From Aliivibrio fischeri ES114 (GTDB lineage: Bacteria > Pseudomonadota > Gammaproteobacteria > Enterobacterales > Vibrionaceae): a DNA stretch of 32,000 bases. Below, in pieces: positions 28,131 through 32,000 of the stretch. A program made the translations under genes and the position numbers. The notes below the pieces were generated by a model. It did no database searches. It saw only the letters and a program-made list of their open reading frames with translations, and was not told the DNA's origin. Within the stretch, counting starts at the first letter, position 1. Each line of letters opens with the position of its first letter. The stretch is taken from the NCBI RefSeq assembly GCF_000011805.1, contig NC_006841.2; one strand, given 5' to 3'.

Positions 28131-30101
28131 TTACTGCTGATAATAAGCTTTTTTCTCTCGATACATATGTTCATCAGCAACGGTAAACATTTTGAATAAC
28201 TCTGTTTTATCTGAACATGCCCAACCAATAGAATAATGGGCAGCATAAGAGCTCCCTTCTTTATCGAAGAATGAAAGATCCTTTTGATTCACTCTCAATT
28301 TATCAGACAACTGAAGGCACTCACCTTGCGTTACATTCTCTACAAGCAAAACAAACTCATCACCACCAATACGATAAAACTTAATGTCGCTTGATAATAC
28401 CTGAGCAATATTATGACAACTCGCTTTAATCAATTCATCACCAATACTGTGTCCATATTGATCATTAATCAACTTTAATCCATTAACATCTAAAATGAAC
28501 AAACCAAAATTCCAAACCGCTTTAGAATCTCGATATCTCTTTTGGTAATGAGCTAAATCCTCATCAAATGCTTTTCTATTTCCGCAGGCAAGTAATACAT
28601 CGGTTCTGGCAATATCTGCTAATTCTAACCATGATGACAATTGCTTAATAAATAGTTCAAATACAAGCACTTGCTTTTCCAAGGCATCTGTAGATACAAA
28701 GTGTAAACTAGCTAAGACCTTATAATTACTTGAAACAATCTCTATCCCTGCATTATCTCCTAGAGGGTCAAAACTTAGCTTCCAAACCATATCTGGGAAT
28801 AATTTTTTCAGCTGTTGCTCAACTTTCGCAGGTACATCATGAAAATCTAATGACTTATATTCAGAGCCAAACTCAATGACTGCTGCTAAGTTATTTTTAT
28901 TTAACTCTTCACGAAATAATGCATCACTAATTTGTGCTGTCTGTTTTTTAACTTGAATTTCCAGCTCTTGATTAAATGATGATAATTTTTCGTTACTTAA
29001 TTCAATTAAGTTTTTAGATTCATTCAGCTCATCATTTTTCTTTTTAAGTTCAAGTAATTGATTACGAATCGTTGAACTCATTGTCTTTAAAACGATTGCC
29101 ATTCGCTCAAATTCACTAAATTGAAAACGCTTTTCTCGCTTATTTGGCTTATTGGTTGCGTAACTCACAATGGTCTCTTCCATTTCACCAAATTCTTTTG
29201 AGATCCAACGGGTAATCCCCATAGCCAAACAAATTACCGTAATAAGCGTCCACCCAATAACAGTGAACAGAGCTAATAAAGACGACTTCATGTCTTTTAA
29301 TCGTGACACATCAGAAAATTGGTAAGTAATATCTAATGTCAACGATGATGAAAATGAAGGATTATTTAATATAAAAATACGTTCAAGTTTTCCATCTTCT
29401 GCTTTTTGTTGGTTAACAGAATGATCTTCATTGCCAATATGTTGATTTAATTTAAAATTTTCATCTTTAAATAGAAAATGTTGGAAGTGCTCTTCTATTG
29501 TCTCAAACGAAATCAACACGACAACATAACCAGAGGCTCGATAACGACCAGATCCCTCTAAGTTATAAGCTAACATTGGAGTAACTAAAGCGATTCCTTT
29601 AGAAGATGAGGACTCCTTTATTAAGTTTGGCTCTGAGTAAAACAGTGTCTTAGTTAGCCCTTTCTCATATATCGTATGATCGATATTAATCTGCTTAAGT
29701 AACTGACTATTTTCAAAATGATATGGACGACCGTTTAAATTATATAATGGTTCCCATTTATCGTTGAGAACGTACACGCTATTAATCAAGCGTGACAGTT
29801 CACTAAACCGAGTTAAATTATGCCTAACTACACTAGAATAAAGAATATTATCTAACGCTTGAATGTTAAATCGGTCACGTGACAGCCAATTGAGGCTTTG
29901 CTGAATACGATCGAACTCCACCACTATCTCTTGCGCAATGGTAGATACGGCATTTTGAATTTGCTGTTCTTTTTGATTAAATAGCGTTTCACCTATGCTA
30001 TTAGTTAAAAATTGACTAATAAATATCAATGGCACAAGCGAGCAAATAATCAAAACGTAAGTGAATGCTTTACGTAAGCTCACATATGGGCGAGAAATCA
30101 T
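28131..30101 (-). CDS. Membrane-anchored diguanylate cyclase (GGDEF domain) with periplasmic sensory region and coiled coil
   Basis: N-terminal TM, about 250 aa periplasmic region, second TM, coiled coil, then GGDEF domain DVNGLKLINDQYGHSIGDELIKA...FYRIGGDEFVLL. Confidence 0.92.
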   Translation of the reverse strand: MISRPYVSLRKAFTYVLIICSLVPLIFISQFLTNSIGETLFNQKEQQIQNAVSTIAQEIVVEFDRIQQSLNWLSRDRFNIQALDNILYSSVVRHNLTRFSELSRLINSVYVLNDKWEPLYNLNGRPYHFENSQLLKQINIDHTIYEKGLTKTLFYSEPNLIKESSSSKGIALVTPMLAYNLEGSGRYRASGYVVVLISFETIEEHFQHFLFKDENFKLNQHIGNEDHSVNQQKAEDGKLERIFILNNPSFSSSLTLDITYQFSDVSRLKDMKSSLLALFTVIGWTLITVICLAMGITRWISKEFGEMEETIVSYATNKPNKREKRFQFSEFERMAIVLKTMSSTIRNQLLELKKKNDELNESKNLIELSNEKLSSFNQELEIQVKKQTAQISDALFREELNKNNLAAVIEFGSEYKSLDFHDVPAKVEQQLKKLFPDMVWKLSFDPLGDNAGIEIVSSNYKVLASLHFVSTDALEKQVLVFELFIKQLSSWLELADIARTDVLLACGNRKAFDEDLAHYQKRYRDSKAVWNFGLFILDVNGLKLINDQYGHSIGDELIKASCHNIAQVLSSDIKFYRIGGDEFVLLVENVTQGECLQLSDKLRVNQKDLSFFDKEGSSYAAHYSIGWACSDKTELFKMFTVADEHMYREKKAYYQQ

Positions 30102-31261
30102 GATCCTTCTACCTTTTTAGAAAAACGATCAATCAATTGATTAATATAAAGCATGGTTTCTTCTTTAGGCATACCATCAGAATAACGAGATACGCCTCTT
30201 GCTAGAGCTTCCCAAATAAACGAGACTCGCACACTTGTTGGCATCGGCTGCGATTGTAAATATTGTTGATACACTGCATACATCACTTCTTGATCAGGTT
30301 GTATCGATATTTGATTTACTTCCGTTGAAGCCGAGATATATTGATGCTCATTAATTAATTTAGTCAAAAATGCTTTGTCTTGAACCATAGTCAATAACTG
30401 TTTAATCATCACTCTTTTAGCTGGGTTCTGTAATGCTGTTTTCGTGATCATTAGTACTTTACCTGCAGATAGAGATTTCATTGGTATACCACGATAACTT
30501 GGTAATGAGGCAATGCCGAGGTTACTACCGAACTTTTCACGTAAATCACTTACCGCCCAGTCCCCATCAATAAGGTATGACGCTTTACCATCTATAAATA
30601 ACTGTCGACTACATAAACTATTACATTGAGACCCCAAGTGATTCAATCTTACTAATTCATGAAAGAAAACTAATGTATTCATGCATTCATGATCTTTAAA
30701 ATGAATCTGATCAAGCGGTATCTCTGGATGAAATAAACTAAAAAAAGCCGAAAAGAAATACATATCACGCGAGCTAAACGCAATGTGTGTTTTCTCTGGT
30801 TCTTTTTCAGATAACGCTTGTAATTGCTCCCACTGAGTAACAGGGGTAGGAGTCTTACTCTTATCGTAAAAAAGCATTAAATGATTACCAAGAAATAGAG
30901 GTAAGCCCATATAACTATCACCTACCATCGCACTTTGGCGCGCAGCTGGCTCTAACTGATCTTGATTTATCCACACTTTTGGAATCGGTGAAATACCTAT
31001 AAATTTATGCAACCCAAGAAAATCAGAAGGCACCCACGCCACATCTGGCATGTAATTTTTAGATCTTGAAGCTAATAAGAGTTCTGCTTTCATTTCATCA
31101 ATTGAGAATTTACGAATCATCAATTGGTTCCCTGTTCTTACTTCAAATTCAGCTGCTAACTCCTGATCAACGTTATCGCCAAATGCACTCCAAAATTCAA
31201 GCATTTCCGCTTTCGATATAAATGAAATAAATAATAATATAAGGGTGAAGAATTTAGACAT
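30098..31261 (-). CDS. Periplasmic extracellular solute-binding protein (family 1-like)
   Basis: Signal peptide MSKFFTLILLFISFISKA; LEFWSAFGDNVDQELAAEFEVRTGNQLMIRKF...DVAWVPSDFLGL...GLPLFLGNHLMLFYDKS...SYLIDGDWAVSDLREKFGSNLGIASLP. Stop overlaps the GGDEF start (ATGA). Confidence 0.85.
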   Translation of the reverse strand: MSKFFTLILLFISFISKAEMLEFWSAFGDNVDQELAAEFEVRTGNQLMIRKFSIDEMKAELLLASRSKNYMPDVAWVPSDFLGLHKFIGISPIPKVWINQDQLEPAARQSAMVGDSYMGLPLFLGNHLMLFYDKSKTPTPVTQWEQLQALSEKEPEKTHIAFSSRDMYFFSAFFSLFHPEIPLDQIHFKDHECMNTLVFFHELVRLNHLGSQCNSLCSRQLFIDGKASYLIDGDWAVSDLREKFGSNLGIASLPSYRGIPMKSLSAGKVLMITKTALQNPAKRVMIKQLLTMVQDKAFLTKLINEHQYISASTEVNQISIQPDQEVMYAVYQQYLQSQPMPTSVRVSFIWEALARGVSRYSDGMPKEETMLYINQLIDRFSKKVEGS

Positions 31262-31518
31262 GGGATTGTTTTTACAAGTCAGATAAAAATGGAAAATATG
31301 CAGAGTAAATTAGTATAGTTTTAAGGTTGAATATTATATCAGATAAAGCTTAATTTACCTCTTTCTATTTATAAAATACCTCTTTAGGAGTTCATATTAG
31401 GTATTGAACTTCGCCCTTTAAATTTCCAAAAAAGAAAAGACTCTTTGAATTAATTTCACTAACTGAAACAGCAATAATTTCATTAGAATATAACCATACT
31501 AATAAAAAGGGTTTTATC

Positions 31519-32000
31519 ATGAGTCAAGAACGTTTCTATAGCATCATTACCGATGCCAATTTGTCACCAAAACAAAAATCAAACTACTTAGCATTAGAAG
31601 CTGAAGCAAGTTTGCCTTATATGGAAATTAATACAGAAACTCGCAAAGCAATGGATGACGGCGTTCTTTGTGATATGTTTGAAGGCCATGCCCCTTTTAA
31701 ACCTCGCTATGTATTACCTGATTACGCTAAGTTTTTAACTCAAGGTTCAGAATATTTAGAGTTAAGCCCAGCAGAAAATTTTGATGATGCATTAAATTTA
31801 CTCACCATCATTTATCATCATGTCCCTTCTGTTACTTCTATTCCTGTTTATCTTGGTCAACTTGATACTGTACTTCTGCCTTATGTTGGCGCCCTTAGCG
31901 ATGAAGAAATTTACCAAAAAATAAAACGTTTTTGGATCATGTTAGATCGCACCCTTCCTGATGCATTCATGCACGTAAACATTGGCCCAACGGACAATAT
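31519..32000 (+). CDS. Probable YjjI-family glycyl radical protein, 5' part (3' end off-window)
   Basis: Manual translation: MSQERFYSIITDANLSPKQKSNYLALEAEASLPYMEINTETRKAMDDGVLCDMFEGHAPFKPRYVLPDYAKFLTQGSEYLELSPAENFDDALNLLTIIYHHVPSVTSIPVYLGQLDTVLLPYVGALSDEEIYQKIKRFWIMLDRTLPDAFMHVNIGPTDN. Open to the window edge and missing from the supplied ORF track. The family call is from memory; the glycyl-radical loop is off-window. Confidence 0.6.
   Translation, partial: MSQERFYSIITDANLSPKQKSNYLALEAEASLPYMEINTETRKAMDDGVLCDMFEGHAPFKPRYVLPDYAKFLTQGSEYLELSPAENFDDALNLLTIIYHHVPSVTSIPVYLGQLDTVLLPYVGALSDEEIYQKIKRFWIMLDRTLPDAFMHVNIGPTDN

Noticed and set aside
1-32000. tRNA, rRNA, transposase, integrase or classic anti-phage defence operon
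   Set aside because: None recognised on either strand from the sequence or ORF translations. A tRNAscan or DefenseFinder run would be needed to exclude small or divergent examples.

Overview
The window looks like Aliivibrio/Vibrio-type gammaproteobacterial DNA. This is inferred from an in-frame fragment closely matching the C-terminus of A. fischeri LuxR and from general gene content. Most of the window is ordinary housekeeping or accessory metabolism: a 3' luxR fragment; an MscS-like channel; a yjiH-yjiG-like pair plus M20 peptidase; AraC and LysR regulators; PEBP, YgbA-like, SGNH hydrolase, HAD and LysE proteins; an outer-membrane beta-barrel; a fructose PTS locus (fruB-fruK-fruA with divergent fruR/cra and three Cra-like palindromes); a TrmK-like methyltransferase; a YidA-like phosphatase; an MFS transporter plus glycerophosphodiesterase; a substrate-binding protein overlapping a GGDEF protein; and the 5' part of a probable YjjI-like glycyl radical protein. 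The accessory highlight is an orphan/auxiliary type VI secretion cluster on the minus strand (about 15.9-23.85 kb): sigma54-like promoter, hcp, terminator-like hairpin, vgrG, DUF4123 adaptor, Tle1/DUF2235-type phospholipase effector, then four tandem DUF2931-like lipoprotein (candidate immunity) copies. Two irregularities stand out. The effector frame runs from 20278 to 18476 but has a single in-frame TGA at 19931-19933. The two middle immunity copies are disrupted by clustered single-base insertions with almost no substitutions, which could be real decay or a sequence artefact. I do not see convincing evidence for a wholly new system. The best second looks are the split effector and degraded immunity array, and the SBP-GGDEF pair.
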